This document shows, piece by piece, positions 9,389-20,033 of a stretch of DNA of 64,000 nucleotides. Numbering within the stretch: the first letter of the stretch is position 1; each line of letters starts with the position of its first letter. Below the pieces are notes generated by a model that was given only the letters and a program-made list of their open reading frames with translations, had not been told where the DNA came from and did no database searches. Made by a program: the position numbers and the translations under genes. Source of the DNA: an uncultured Pseudobdellovibrionaceae bacterium (lineage in GTDB: Bacteria; Bdellovibrionota_B; Oligoflexia; Oligoflexales; Bog-1112); contig CAZSXR010000001.1 in NCBI GenBank assembly GCA_964611335.1, forward strand, positions 744,020 through 808,019, read 5' to 3'.

Positions 9389-9619
9389 GTGAAAATCGTA
9401 AAAGTTATAAAGTCTGCTCGTGGTGCAACGGAAGAAGAAATTAAAAGTTTCATCTACAAGAATTTCTCACAAGAGATGATTAGAGGTCTTGAATATGATG
9501 ATCCCAAGACCATTATGAGAGCTTTGAAGATGTTCGGATTGGATCCGAACCTGGCTTCTCATAATGATGGAAAAGATGAGAAAACTCAGGGTCTTATAAA
9601 GAAATCCGGTTCGGAATAA
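9389..9619 (+). CDS. small hypothetical protein
   Basis: Track ORF begins at TTG 9377. GTG 9389 has GGAG 8 nt upstream. No recognisable family. Confidence 0.4.
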   Translation: MKIVKVIKSARGATEEEIKSFIYKNFSQEMIRGLEYDDPKTIMRALKMFGLDPNLASHNDGKDEKTQGLIKKSGSE

Positions 9620-9629
9620 GGGGCCTCAC

Positions 9630-10898
<1,269 letters not shown>

Positions 10899-10907
10899 CT
10901 AATTTTT

Positions 10908-13019
10908 TTATTGTGGCATTTCATAAGCTTTACCGAGTGAACGGAACTGCCCAGCTCTCTTCGAAAACGCTTCAAGACCGTAAGAATCGAGATACTTCAT
11001 TGCACCACCTAAGAAGGGAGGAAAGCCAATTCCGTTGATCAATGCAAGATCGAGTTCCTGTGGTGACGACACAATTCCTTCCTTCAAACAGAGAAGACTT
11101 TCATTCACAAGAGGAATCATCAAACGATCAATGATGTCTTCTTTGCTGAGTGATTTTTTTTCTTTAGTAAATGAAGATAAAAATGCGTCTAATGTTGCAT
11201 CAGGAGTTTTTTGCAGTCTTCCCTTTTTATCTATAGAGTAACGGTAAAATCCTAATTGTGATTTTTGACCCAAACGTTTTTCCTGATTCATGCGTTCCAA
11301 AATCGAAGCATTATCGAGTGGCATCCGATCTGGAAAGCCTTCTTTCATAATTTTCTGTGCATGAAACGCAGTATCATTTCCAATCACATCCAACAGATAA
11401 GCAGGACCCATAGGCCAACCAAAAGATTCCATCACCTTGTCTATTTCATAAGGATGTACACCCTCACCCACAAGTATGAAAAAACCCCAAAAATAAGGGA
11501 AAAGCACACGGTTTACTAAAAAACCAGGGCAGTCGTTGACGACGACGGGGACCTTACCCATTTGCAAGGCATACTGAACAACAGTACCGATCGTTTGCTC
11601 ACTTGTTTTCGGTGCGCGAATCACTTCGACCAAAGGCATTTTCGGAACAGGATTGAAAAAATGCATACCGCAAAAATTTTCAGGTTCACTTGCAGCGCTA
11701 GAAAGTTTTTCTATAGAAAGTGTAGAGGTATTGCTTGCAATCACGGTTCCTCTTTTCACTTGTGAGGAGAGTTCACCGATCACTTTGCGTTTGATATTTT
11801 CATTTTCAACAACCGCCTCAATTACCAAGTCTACATTCTGAAAATCACCATAGGACATAGTCGGAGTGATAGCGCTCAAAACGCGGGACATCGTTGCGAC
11901 ATCCATTTTTTTACGTTCGACTTGTTTGCTTAAAAGGGTAGCAGCTTCACCCATTCCTTTTTCCAAAGCAGCAGGCTGCACATCTTTCATCAAAATAGGA
12001 ACACCTTTGCTTGCAGACTGGTAGGCAATGCCTCCACCCATAATTCCTGCACCCAAAACAGCAGCGTGCTTAACAGGCTTTCCTTTTTGTGTGAAAGTTT
12101 TGACGTGTTTTTTATTGTATTGGTCTGCGAGAAAAATACTGATTAAGCTTTCGGCGGTTCTTGTTTTTGTCAGGCCTGCGAAATGTTTGCGTTCTACTGC
12201 GAGTGCCTGGTCTCTGCTCATTTCAGCAGTGCTGTCTATAACCTGTATAGCTTCCATCGGTGCAGGATAGTGTTTGCCTGCTAAAGCGCCGACGAAAGCT
12301 TTGGACGTTTCAATGGCCATCTGCTTTTCAATTGGGGACCTAAATTTGAGTGGGGATGTTTTGAGAGTTCTGCGTTTTTCCCACGAAAGTTTTCCTGAAT
12401 ACGCGTCTTCTACAAGTTTGTATGCTGCATCTTTCAACTGTGCAGGATCTACGACGGCGTCTATAGCACCGACGCGCAGTGCGTCTTTCACATCCCATGT
12501 ATTGCCACCTGCAATCCATTCTATCGCATTGTCTGTGCCGATAAGACGTGGCAAGCGAATGCATCCTCCCCAGCCAGGAATGATTCCGAGTTTGGTTTCG
12601 GGAAGACCCACTTTCGCCTGAGAGCTTGCAATACGGTAAGAGGTCGACAAGGCAAGTTCCATCCCTCCGCCAAGACAAAAGCCGTGTATAGCTGCGACTG
12701 TGGGAAAGGGAAGATCTTCGATGTCGTTGAAAAGTTGGTGTGTTTTTTCTAACCAGGGTTCTACATTTCCTCTTTTGAAAAAAGAAAGGAACTCGGTGAT
12801 GTCGGCTCCGACAATGAAAGCATCTTTTGCAGTGGTGAAGACGAGGCCGTGGAGGCCCTTTTCTTTGTGAACTGCGTTCACACATGCACGTAAGTCTTCT
12901 AAAGTTGCTGCATCGAATTTGTTTACGGAAGAGGAGGGGTTGTTGAACTGAATGTTTGCGATGTCTTTATCGCGGAAACAGAGGACGCTGTTGCCTTGGA
13001 ACAAAGATTTTTCTGCCAT
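10908..13019 (-). CDS. fadB: fatty-acid oxidation complex alpha subunit (enoyl-CoA hydratase / 3-hydroxyacyl-CoA dehydrogenase)
   Basis: Crotonase block FIVGADITEF..GGGMELAL and Rossmann block AAVLGAGIMGGGIAYQSA, in the order fadB-fadA. Start chosen at ATG 13019 (MAEKSLFQGN). Confidence 0.92.
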   Translation of the reverse strand: MAEKSLFQGNSVLCFRDKDIANIQFNNPSSSVNKFDAATLEDLRACVNAVHKEKGLHGLVFTTAKDAFIVGADITEFLSFFKRGNVEPWLEKTHQLFNDIEDLPFPTVAAIHGFCLGGGMELALSTSYRIASSQAKVGLPETKLGIIPGWGGCIRLPRLIGTDNAIEWIAGGNTWDVKDALRVGAIDAVVDPAQLKDAAYKLVEDAYSGKLSWEKRRTLKTSPLKFRSPIEKQMAIETSKAFVGALAGKHYPAPMEAIQVIDSTAEMSRDQALAVERKHFAGLTKTRTAESLISIFLADQYNKKHVKTFTQKGKPVKHAAVLGAGIMGGGIAYQSASKGVPILMKDVQPAALEKGMGEAATLLSKQVERKKMDVATMSRVLSAITPTMSYGDFQNVDLVIEAVVENENIKRKVIGELSSQVKRGTVIASNTSTLSIEKLSSAASEPENFCGMHFFNPVPKMPLVEVIRAPKTSEQTIGTVVQYALQMGKVPVVVNDCPGFLVNRVLFPYFWGFFILVGEGVHPYEIDKVMESFGWPMGPAYLLDVIGNDTAFHAQKIMKEGFPDRMPLDNASILERMNQEKRLGQKSQLGFYRYSIDKKGRLQKTPDATLDAFLSSFTKEKKSLSKEDIIDRLMIPLVNESLLCLKEGIVSSPQELDLALINGIGFPPFLGGAMKYLDSYGLEAFSKRAGQFRSLGKAYEMPQ

Positions 13020-13137
13020 ATAAAACACCCTTCGTTTGAGAATGACGATTTCCTTCGCAGAAGAAGGCCCGAGTCTATACAATTTTTTTTATTCTGGTAA
13101 GAAGATACAGAAGGCCCTTAACTACAAAGGAGATGTT

Positions 13138-13995
13138 ATGAACTCACAACTCATTGCTAGCGCTGGATATGGCATTGCATTGGCGGCAGCGTTTATTGGT
13201 TTTTATTTCTGGAGACGATCGGGTTTGCTCAGTTTGCAATTGGAAACGTTGCAAAAAACACTCGGTCAGGAAAAAACAAGTCATGCAAAGCGTGCAGAGA
13301 AAATAAGCAGTCTTGAAGCACAGCTTCTTGCAAAAGACAAAGAATTGCATAATAGAATTCGTGAACGTGCGGATTTGGAAAAGAATCGTGAACTTCTCGC
13401 GAAAGAACTTTCTCAAACGCAGAAACTTTTGAAAGACTCCGTTCAAAGTACAGAAAACCAAGTAGAACATTACAAAACACAGTGTGAGACTTTGCTTGTA
13501 CAGATTCGTGAATTGGATCTTGAAAATACGCAGCTCAAAAAATCTACACAGGAAGCCTTGATCGAGAAGGAAACAAAACTTGCACGTCATGCTGCGTCCG
13601 CAGGAGAAGAGACAAAGAAAGTTCAGAATCTCGAAGCTCAACTCAAACAGGTCCAAACACGTTTGCTTGAAGTTCAAAAAGAACATAGCGAAAGCATGGA
13701 ATTTATGAACCGGCTCAAACGTAAGACTTATCAGTCCGATCACCTTTACAAAACCATACGTGGTCAGAAAGAGATGTTAGAAGAGCGATTGGAGAACTGG
13801 GAGAAAGCTTTACGTTTATTGTCTCTGTGGGTTTTGAATGACAGAAAGAAAACGATTTCTCCGAATGCCAGTTTGGGTGAGATTGTTTCTGCTGCATTGG
13901 ACTGTTCGAAGCAAGGGCCTTTGATGTGTGATGACATCGATCTTTCTGTTGAAAATAATGCTCCTGCTCACATTGAGGGAGCAGCGAGTGTCTGA
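13138..13995 (+). CDS. membrane-anchored coiled-coil protein (hypothetical)
   Basis: ATG 13138 is preceded by AAGGAG. It has one N-terminal TM helix (GYGIALAAAFIGFYFW) followed by ~200 aa of heptad-like E/K/Q/L-rich sequence. Confidence 0.65.
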   Translation: MNSQLIASAGYGIALAAAFIGFYFWRRSGLLSLQLETLQKTLGQEKTSHAKRAEKISSLEAQLLAKDKELHNRIRERADLEKNRELLAKELSQTQKLLKDSVQSTENQVEHYKTQCETLLVQIRELDLENTQLKKSTQEALIEKETKLARHAASAGEETKKVQNLEAQLKQVQTRLLEVQKEHSESMEFMNRLKRKTYQSDHLYKTIRGQKEMLEERLENWEKALRLLSLWVLNDRKKTISPNASLGEIVSAALDCSKQGPLMCDDIDLSVENNAPAHIEGAASV

Positions 13996-14614
13996 TCTTT
14001 GGGAACGTTACTCTTCACAATTAACAGCAGAACGTAAAAGAAGAATGGAACTTACCGCAAGTTTGCGAACGAATCGTTTGCGATTGGTTCTGCAGGATGT
14101 TCATCATCCTCATAATGTGTCTGCATGTTTGCGATCTGCGGAAGCTTTTGGAATACAGAATGTGCATGTGATCAACCGAGGAGAACCTTTCAAAGCAAGC
14201 TCTGTTGCGAAAGGTGTAGATCGTTGGTTGCATATCAATAAACACACCGACATTGAAAGCTGTGTTCATGAATTGCGGAAGCAATCTTTCAAAATTGCTT
14301 CCGCAATGCCGAATCCTACAAATTGTACAAGTTTGTATGAACTTCCTTTGGATCAGCCTCTTGCTCTTGTTTTTGGAAATGAACATGAGGGGATGTCGGA
14401 AGATTTTAAACCTCATGTCGATTACTTTTTTACCATTCCTATGTATGGGATGGTGGAGAGTATGAATATCTCTGTATGTGCTGCCATTACAATGCATGAT
14501 TTGCGACAGAGGGGGATGAAGATGTGGGCTGATAAATTTGTATTGGATGAAGTGGAGAAGAGGAAACTGCTTAGCAAGTGGATGGCAGATCAGTTTCCGA
14601 ATCTTGTGAACTAA
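13988..14614 (+). CDS. trmH: tRNA (guanosine-2'-O)-methyltransferase, SpoU/TrmH family
   Basis: LVLQDVHHPHNVSACLRSAEAFGIQNVHVI, LVFGNEHEGMS and IPMYGMVESMNISVCAAI are SpoU motifs 1-3, close to E. coli TrmH. Likely GTG 13988 start (GAGGGAG upstream). The track ORF begins at 13928. Confidence 0.8.
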   Translation: MSDLWERYSSQLTAERKRRMELTASLRTNRLRLVLQDVHHPHNVSACLRSAEAFGIQNVHVINRGEPFKASSVAKGVDRWLHINKHTDIESCVHELRKQSFKIASAMPNPTNCTSLYELPLDQPLALVFGNEHEGMSEDFKPHVDYFFTIPMYGMVESMNISVCAAITMHDLRQRGMKMWADKFVLDEVEKRKLLSKWMADQFPNLVN

Positions 14615-14620
14615 TTTTTA

Positions 14621-15415
14621 TTAAAGAAGTACGAAGAGGTCTTTGCTTAGATCTTCTTCGACCTTTCTAGTTCTTTCTCTTTTTGGCTTTTGAGCAGGAC
14701 TTTCTCTTCTTTCAAAATGAAGATTATTGCGCTTAATGATGTCTTCTCTGTCCTCGTGGTCTATAGCTAAACTTTTTTGTGCATAAAGTTCGTTAAGAAG
14801 GCTTTTCATTTTTTCATATTTTTCAATGTAGTGAGAATCTCTTTCATTTGCGAATAAAACGTCGAGCCTGTTTCTCAGATCTCGGAATGCTTTAATCAAA
14901 GATTTAAAATCTGTGAAGCTTGATTTTTTAAATCCATGGATTTCATTTTTTAATCTCTGTACTTTCGATGAAAAAAATTCAGATTCTTCTTCCGATGAAG
15001 TGCTCTCGACTGAGGGGCTTGAGCTTTGTTTTTCAAGAGTATGAAGGGTAGGACCAAGACTCAATGGTTCACACGGATCAAATAAACTAGGTAAAACACT
15101 CGGGGTTGAAAATGAGTGCAATTTGTCGAAGTCTTGCTTGTTTGCGTTATGCAATTGCGAAAAACGACTTACACGTAGACGTGTGCGTTTTACAGATTTT
15201 ACAGGCTTCATAGCATTTAAAAATTCTTTTATTGCAAGATATCCAAGGCCAAAAGTTGTGCTAATAACAATGGTGGCACTTGTATAATAAGAACTTTCGT
15301 TGTCTTCTGTATCAGAACTTTCAACTTCTGGGTGTTCTGTTTCAACATTTGCAAAACTTGTTAGAGATGCAAAGGACAAAGATAGGATAAGTAAAAGATG
15401 GGGCAAAGTTTTCAT
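14621..15415 (-). CDS. hypothetical single-pass membrane protein
   Basis: 264 aa with AAGGAA SD, a signal peptide, an acidic Ser-rich stretch, one TM helix (ATIVISTTFGLGYLAI) and a charged helical C-terminal half. Confidence 0.6.
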   Translation of the reverse strand: MKTLPHLLLILSLSFASLTSFANVETEHPEVESSDTEDNESSYYTSATIVISTTFGLGYLAIKEFLNAMKPVKSVKRTRLRVSRFSQLHNANKQDFDKLHSFSTPSVLPSLFDPCEPLSLGPTLHTLEKQSSSPSVESTSSEEESEFFSSKVQRLKNEIHGFKKSSFTDFKSLIKAFRDLRNRLDVLFANERDSHYIEKYEKMKSLLNELYAQKSLAIDHEDREDIIKRNNLHFERRESPAQKPKRERTRKVEEDLSKDLFVLL

Positions 15416-15557
15416 AAAATTTCCTTATTCGCACACTTCGGGTACGAGTGCGGTACTAGTGAAATGAAACGGATGATGGTGCAGGCTATAGAATTTTATA
15501 TCGAGTATTGCAATAGGTTTTTAAATGGCGGTAAATAAAGATAGCTTTACTTTTATT

Positions 15558-17435
15558 CTATTGGCCCTTTAGGAATTTAAACTGTTCAGTAGGATCGCTG
15601 GTGCTGCTACACTTGTGCCACACAAATTCATACCGAAAATTTCCGTTGTAAGGAGTGTTTGTCAATTGTAGGCACTGACTGCTGTCCCAATTTTTCAAAA
15701 GATAATTCAAAGAAACAGGATCTTGATAGACTTTAAATGCATATTGTTTGGATATTGATCCTGTAACGCCGTTTTTGTCACTTGCGCCTAACATAAACCC
15801 ATTTCCAGGGAACGTAAAATCGATAAAGTTATATCCGGAAGGACTATAAGCCCAGAACTGAGATGAGGATTTACCTGTCGCGGGCGTCAACACACCGTCG
15901 TTTGAGATTGCTGAGTAGATAGCGCTTCCATCATAATCTTTCGCAATAACAATGTTAAAGAGATCGGAATAAGTAACTCCAGCGACTGTGTAACTGTGTC
16001 GTAGAAGATGAAAGGTATTGTACACAGGAGGATTTTGCGAAGCGGGACAAGAACCGTCATAGTAACTGTAGGGGATCCAACACTTTGTAAGGTTCGCTAC
16101 GGACTGAATGACTACATTGGTAAAATGAGTAGGAGATGTTGGTATTACAACGGGAAAGGTTGATGTTGATGTGGACGTTGAAGTTGAAGTTGAAGTTTGT
16201 GTTGCAGTCTTTGTTGCTGTCGCAACTTGTGTTGCAGTCGTCGTTTGTGTTGAAGAGGTCGGAATACTAAAATAGAGAAGGTTCGCTGTGTCGGTATTGA
16301 TTACAGGTCCTGTCGATGTTTGTGTTCGGAAGGAATCTAAACGGAGATAAAAATTAGAACTTGCCCGATTCCAGTAACGAAGAGTGCTTTGAGGGTTGTT
16401 ATAAGTGGTAGCATTTGCAAGAAGTCCCGAAGCGCTTAGCGTATTGGGAATCGGAATACCTGTACCATTGATATTCGCATTTGTTAAAGTTACTGCAAGT
16501 TCTTGAGGACTTGAAGAGCCTGTGGAAACGGGGAGATAAAATGTTGAGCAGTTAGAACCACCGCTGACTCTCAGAAACATATAATGTATGTTCACCGGTG
16601 ATAGAGAAGGTGAACTGTAAAAATTATCTAGATAAATTATTAAGTTTGAAGGCAAAGGAGACAGCGAAGTTACAGCTATATGCGCAGCTACAGTTTGAGA
16701 TGTGCCACGAGATTCAACTGAATAATACATTTGGGTGTTGTCTTTAATAGTCCCCGGCACAGAAGCTAAAGCACTTTCAATATTAGCTGTTGCTAAAGAA
16801 ATAGAATTCGCGCTTCCTGAAGATGAAGTTTTTCCTGCGTATATACGAACCTGACATCCTTGACGATCCGTCATCTTATAAACTTTACCTAGATTTGTCG
16901 CTCCCAATTGTCCACCTGCATCCATTGCAAAATAGTAAAAAGTCTCAGCAGACTTGTGAGCGGGAGGAAGAGGGTAAGGAGGAAGGATGGGGGGGGTGGT
17001 TAATGCAGGAATATAAAAGGGATTAACGGAATAATCAAAGGTATTTGTTTTCACGTTGTTGAGCATAAGGGTAGCAGAACCAACAACGGAAGATGTCGAG
17101 GACGAATTATAAATTGTTGATAGTGGAGAAGTCACAATGACAGGATTCGATAAATTCGCAGGTATGGATGTGGAGCCTGTCGTTACAATGGTCGATGTGC
17201 TTGTCGAGGTGTTCGCTGGTGTCGTCACGGTTCCAATGTATAAGGGAAGTGCGGTGGAAGTGTAGCTTAGTGAGCCTACTAAATTCAAAGATAAATTCTC
17301 GGAATTTTGTTCGTTTGTCAAATTATCACTTATACTCGCAGGACCTCGCTTTTTGCTGTCTCTAGCATCGTCTGGGGCACAGGCATAGAAGAAATTAAGG
17401 GATAAAATTACAAGATAAAAACCTAAATTTTTCAT
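15558..17435 (-). CDS. large Ser/Thr-rich lipoprotein (hypothetical surface protein)
   Basis: 625 aa with lipobox LNFFYAC and low-complexity tracts (TSTSTSTSTSTS). A Cys-containing C-terminal globular region ends ..FKFLKGQ. Confidence 0.7.
   Translation of the reverse strand: MKNLGFYLVILSLNFFYACAPDDARDSKKRGPASISDNLTNEQNSENLSLNLVGSLSYTSTALPLYIGTVTTPANTSTSTSTIVTTGSTSIPANLSNPVIVTSPLSTIYNSSSTSSVVGSATLMLNNVKTNTFDYSVNPFYIPALTTPPILPPYPLPPAHKSAETFYYFAMDAGGQLGATNLGKVYKMTDRQGCQVRIYAGKTSSSGSANSISLATANIESALASVPGTIKDNTQMYYSVESRGTSQTVAAHIAVTSLSPLPSNLIIYLDNFYSSPSLSPVNIHYMFLRVSGGSNCSTFYLPVSTGSSSPQELAVTLTNANINGTGIPIPNTLSASGLLANATTYNNPQSTLRYWNRASSNFYLRLDSFRTQTSTGPVINTDTANLLYFSIPTSSTQTTTATQVATATKTATQTSTSTSTSTSTSTFPVVIPTSPTHFTNVVIQSVANLTKCWIPYSYYDGSCPASQNPPVYNTFHLLRHSYTVAGVTYSDLFNIVIAKDYDGSAIYSAISNDGVLTPATGKSSSQFWAYSPSGYNFIDFTFPGNGFMLGASDKNGVTGSISKQYAFKVYQDPVSLNYLLKNWDSSQCLQLTNTPYNGNFRYEFVWHKCSSTSDPTEQFKFLKGQ
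16989..16996. repeat. G8/C8 homopolymer inside the 15558..17435 lipoprotein gene
   Basis: Read directly: ggatGGGGGGGGtggt. On the coding strand it is ACC ACC CCC CCC ATC (TTPPI). Confidence 0.9.
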
Positions 17436-17589
17436 AAAAACTCTCTAATAAAAAATATTACTTTTTTATATCGGAGCTTTATGAAAAAAGTTTAGTGAGC
17501 AAGGCCCCTAGCACCTTGTCCCTTCGTTACGAGTATGGAAGAACCCGCTAGAATTCCACCGATGGTTCCGAAAGAAAGACTCCTAAGTG

Positions 17590-19719
17590 CTATTTGGGCA
17601 TTAAGACGACCATTTTTAGAGCACCTGTGAGTTCTATATTTTTCTGTCGAGTGTAAGGTGTGGCTGCCAGTAGTGTTCCTACATTGTAGGTATTGTCACT
17701 GAAATCCAAACCGTCGTAGTACAGAGTTGTGGAATCACTGGTTGCATTCAGGTGATAGGTTTCGAAGTTGTCGATCATCGTTGTTGCTTTTGTACCATCC
17801 CATGTACGTAGAGCATAGTGTCCTGAAGTTGAGTTGAAGGAAGAGTAGTACACAACATCATTGATGACCCACAGATTGATCGCTTGCTCATCTGTACCTG
17901 AAAGAAGAGACAAAGTTTGTGTTGTAGAATTCACAGAACCCAAACCTTGGTATTCCGAAGTCCACTGATCTCCGTTACTGGTAGATGCTGGTGGTTCACA
18001 ATTCATATTGTTCATACGGAATTTCATGACGTTAGTATTGGTGCTAGTAGCGTTCTGGAAGGATTTAGTGTTGTCGGAACTCCACCAGTTTGCTTGTGTG
18101 ATCGCACCGGATGTTGTGCAGATGGAAGAACTGGTTCCGTTGTAAGGAGCACCATTACGAACCCATGTTCCGCTCGCAGTGAAGCATGTAGCGGAAGTTA
18201 CAGGTGTTGTGCTTCCTGAAAACGACTGACAGAAACCGTTATCGACCCATGTTCCCCCTGCGTTTGTACAGTCTGAAGATGTTGTGCGAGAGGTGTCTGG
18301 ATCACCCTCAGAGTTTTTGCAGTGTGGTCCACGTATTTCAACACTACAAGTCATGGTTCCTGCATTTTTCTTACGAACATTTCCGATAATGTAAACTTGA
18401 CCTTTGGAGTCTTGTTGTATTGCGGAGATCTGGCTTCCACCTCCTGCGAAAATTTGTCCTGAACTTTGACAACGGCTTGCGAATTCGGTTTTGTAGGAAT
18501 CGCTTGCATCTCCACCGTTTTGAAATCCTGTTCCGTATGTTGATTTGTCCTGTTTGCGATTCATTTGAATCCACGTCCAGATATTGTCTCCACATGTTAT
18601 GACGGAACTTGTTCTTGCAGCTGTAGTGCTTCCTCCCGCAGGATCGAATTTGAAAAGACAAGCACTGTTCCACGAAGCTGTAGAAGCTGTTGTAGGATCT
18701 GGCCCGAAGAAGATCGCTTGATCTCCTGTTGTTGTTGAGCTTGTTTCGTAGATGAAGTTGAACCAGTTGCGTGCAATTTCTATAAGTCCTGAACTGGAAA
18801 GATAACGGAAAAACCCACCTGCTTTCCCATTATTCTTACCGTTACAAGAATCGGTACCTGTATAGAATATAGCTCCTGATTTCATAACCAAGAAATCTTG
18901 TACGCAGATATTTGAGTTGATCATCTCTGAGAGATTTCCGTTTGTACGATCCCATTTGTAAATCACAACTTTCGGTGAGTTTGGAATACCACCTGGATAG
19001 TAAGCATTCCCGCTAGAATCAAATTGGAACACACTCAGTCGTGTTGCGTTCCAACTGTCGATGAAGTGGTTGAAGTCCAGACATTCCAAGTTGTCGGTTG
19101 TCGGAGCTGTTGTTTTCAAAGTTGCAAGGTCACCACCTTTGACACGGAACAACTGACAGTAGGTTCCATCTAAACGTTGGTCTCCTTGAGTGGGTGCTGC
19201 GTTTGCATCAGGTGTCTTAAAACGGAATGCATTCTCAAAATGAAGAAAGATTTCGTTGTAAGGAGCAGGAGACACCGCAATGGTTAGAACTTTAGGAAGG
19301 GTCGGTGGCACCTGATTTTGTGTGGAAGATGTTGTTGTGGTGAGAGCGTTTGTTACGGTTCCGTTTGCATCTGCTTTTTGAAGACTGTTTGTACCGTCGG
19401 ATGTGGAAGTGTCTGTGCTTGTTCCTGTTGATGTTCCTGTGTCTGTTGATGTGCTTTGCAGATTCAAGTCTGCTAGTTGCAAAAGAGGAGCTTTTAACTT
19501 TCTTGCAATTTTATTGTGAGTCTCTACGAGAGCAACACCGTTTTTCTGGCTTGGATCTACAACGAAAAGGCTCGTAGCCCCTTTGAAGTTTGCAGTGGGT
19601 TTTAGCGCCTCGTTGTTGTTATAAGATCCCGAACTTGAGTTGTAATTTCCGTTGTTATCTTTTCCACAGGAAAAAATAAAGAGTAGGAAATTTAAAAGAA
19701 GAAACTGTCTTACACGCAT
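17590..19719 (-). CDS. large Ser/Thr-rich lipoprotein (hypothetical surface protein)
   Basis: 709 aa with AAGGAG SD, lipobox LLFIFSCGKD and a TSTDTGTSTGTSTDTSTSDGT linker. Cys-framed repeats CTNAGGTWVDNGFC / CFTASGTWVRNG. Confidence 0.7.
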   Translation of the reverse strand: MRVRQFLLLNFLLFIFSCGKDNNGNYNSSSGSYNNNEALKPTANFKGATSLFVVDPSQKNGVALVETHNKIARKLKAPLLQLADLNLQSTSTDTGTSTGTSTDTSTSDGTNSLQKADANGTVTNALTTTTSSTQNQVPPTLPKVLTIAVSPAPYNEIFLHFENAFRFKTPDANAAPTQGDQRLDGTYCQLFRVKGGDLATLKTTAPTTDNLECLDFNHFIDSWNATRLSVFQFDSSGNAYYPGGIPNSPKVVIYKWDRTNGNLSEMINSNICVQDFLVMKSGAIFYTGTDSCNGKNNGKAGGFFRYLSSSGLIEIARNWFNFIYETSSTTTGDQAIFFGPDPTTASTASWNSACLFKFDPAGGSTTAARTSSVITCGDNIWTWIQMNRKQDKSTYGTGFQNGGDASDSYKTEFASRCQSSGQIFAGGGSQISAIQQDSKGQVYIIGNVRKKNAGTMTCSVEIRGPHCKNSEGDPDTSRTTSSDCTNAGGTWVDNGFCQSFSGSTTPVTSATCFTASGTWVRNGAPYNGTSSSICTTSGAITQANWWSSDNTKSFQNATSTNTNVMKFRMNNMNCEPPASTSNGDQWTSEYQGLGSVNSTTQTLSLLSGTDEQAINLWVINDVVYYSSFNSTSGHYALRTWDGTKATTMIDNFETYHLNATSDSTTLYYDGLDFSDNTYNVGTLLAATPYTRQKNIELTGALKMVVLMPK

Positions 19720-20033
19720 GGATGGTCTCCTTTTATCATGCGAAGAGTTTTAAAAATGACCCAGCAGATAATTTTATAGCAGGGACAAATTTAGCCTTCC
19801 AAGTTCTACTTCTCACTCGCGGGCGTACAACTCTAAAGTCAAAAATTGTCCCTATTGCAAATCTTGTGACAAAACCCATAGGATTTGCTAAGGGCAGAGA
19901 CGAATGTGTGAGCGTGAAAAGAACAGCAATTTTTTTTAGCATAGCTTGGCTCACTGGATAGAATGTAGGGTTCTTATTTTATTATAGAGCGAGTCTTTTT
20001 TTAGAAATGGGCAAAATTTGCAGTGTTGTTTTC

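Noticed and set aside
12340-12885. 181-aa Arg-rich ORF and other ORFs over 100 aa nested in fadB/fadA (12274..12621, 10194..10616)
   Set aside because: They are alternative frames or strands of strongly supported fadB/fadA coding sequence, with composition typical of out-of-frame translation.
13144-13743. 199-aa antisense ORF opposite the coiled-coil gene
   Set aside because: It is a Phe/Leu/Cys-rich mirror of a Lys/Glu/Gln-rich sense frame. The sense ORF has a good SD and a TM anchor.
19722-19961. Two mutually overlapping small ORFs (79 aa plus strand, 72 aa minus strand) in the 314-bp spacer upstream of the 709-aa lipoprotein gene
   Set aside because: They overlap each other almost completely and have no SD or recognisable motifs. 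The region is better read as a promoter/leader. A small RNA cannot be excluded but I see no terminator.
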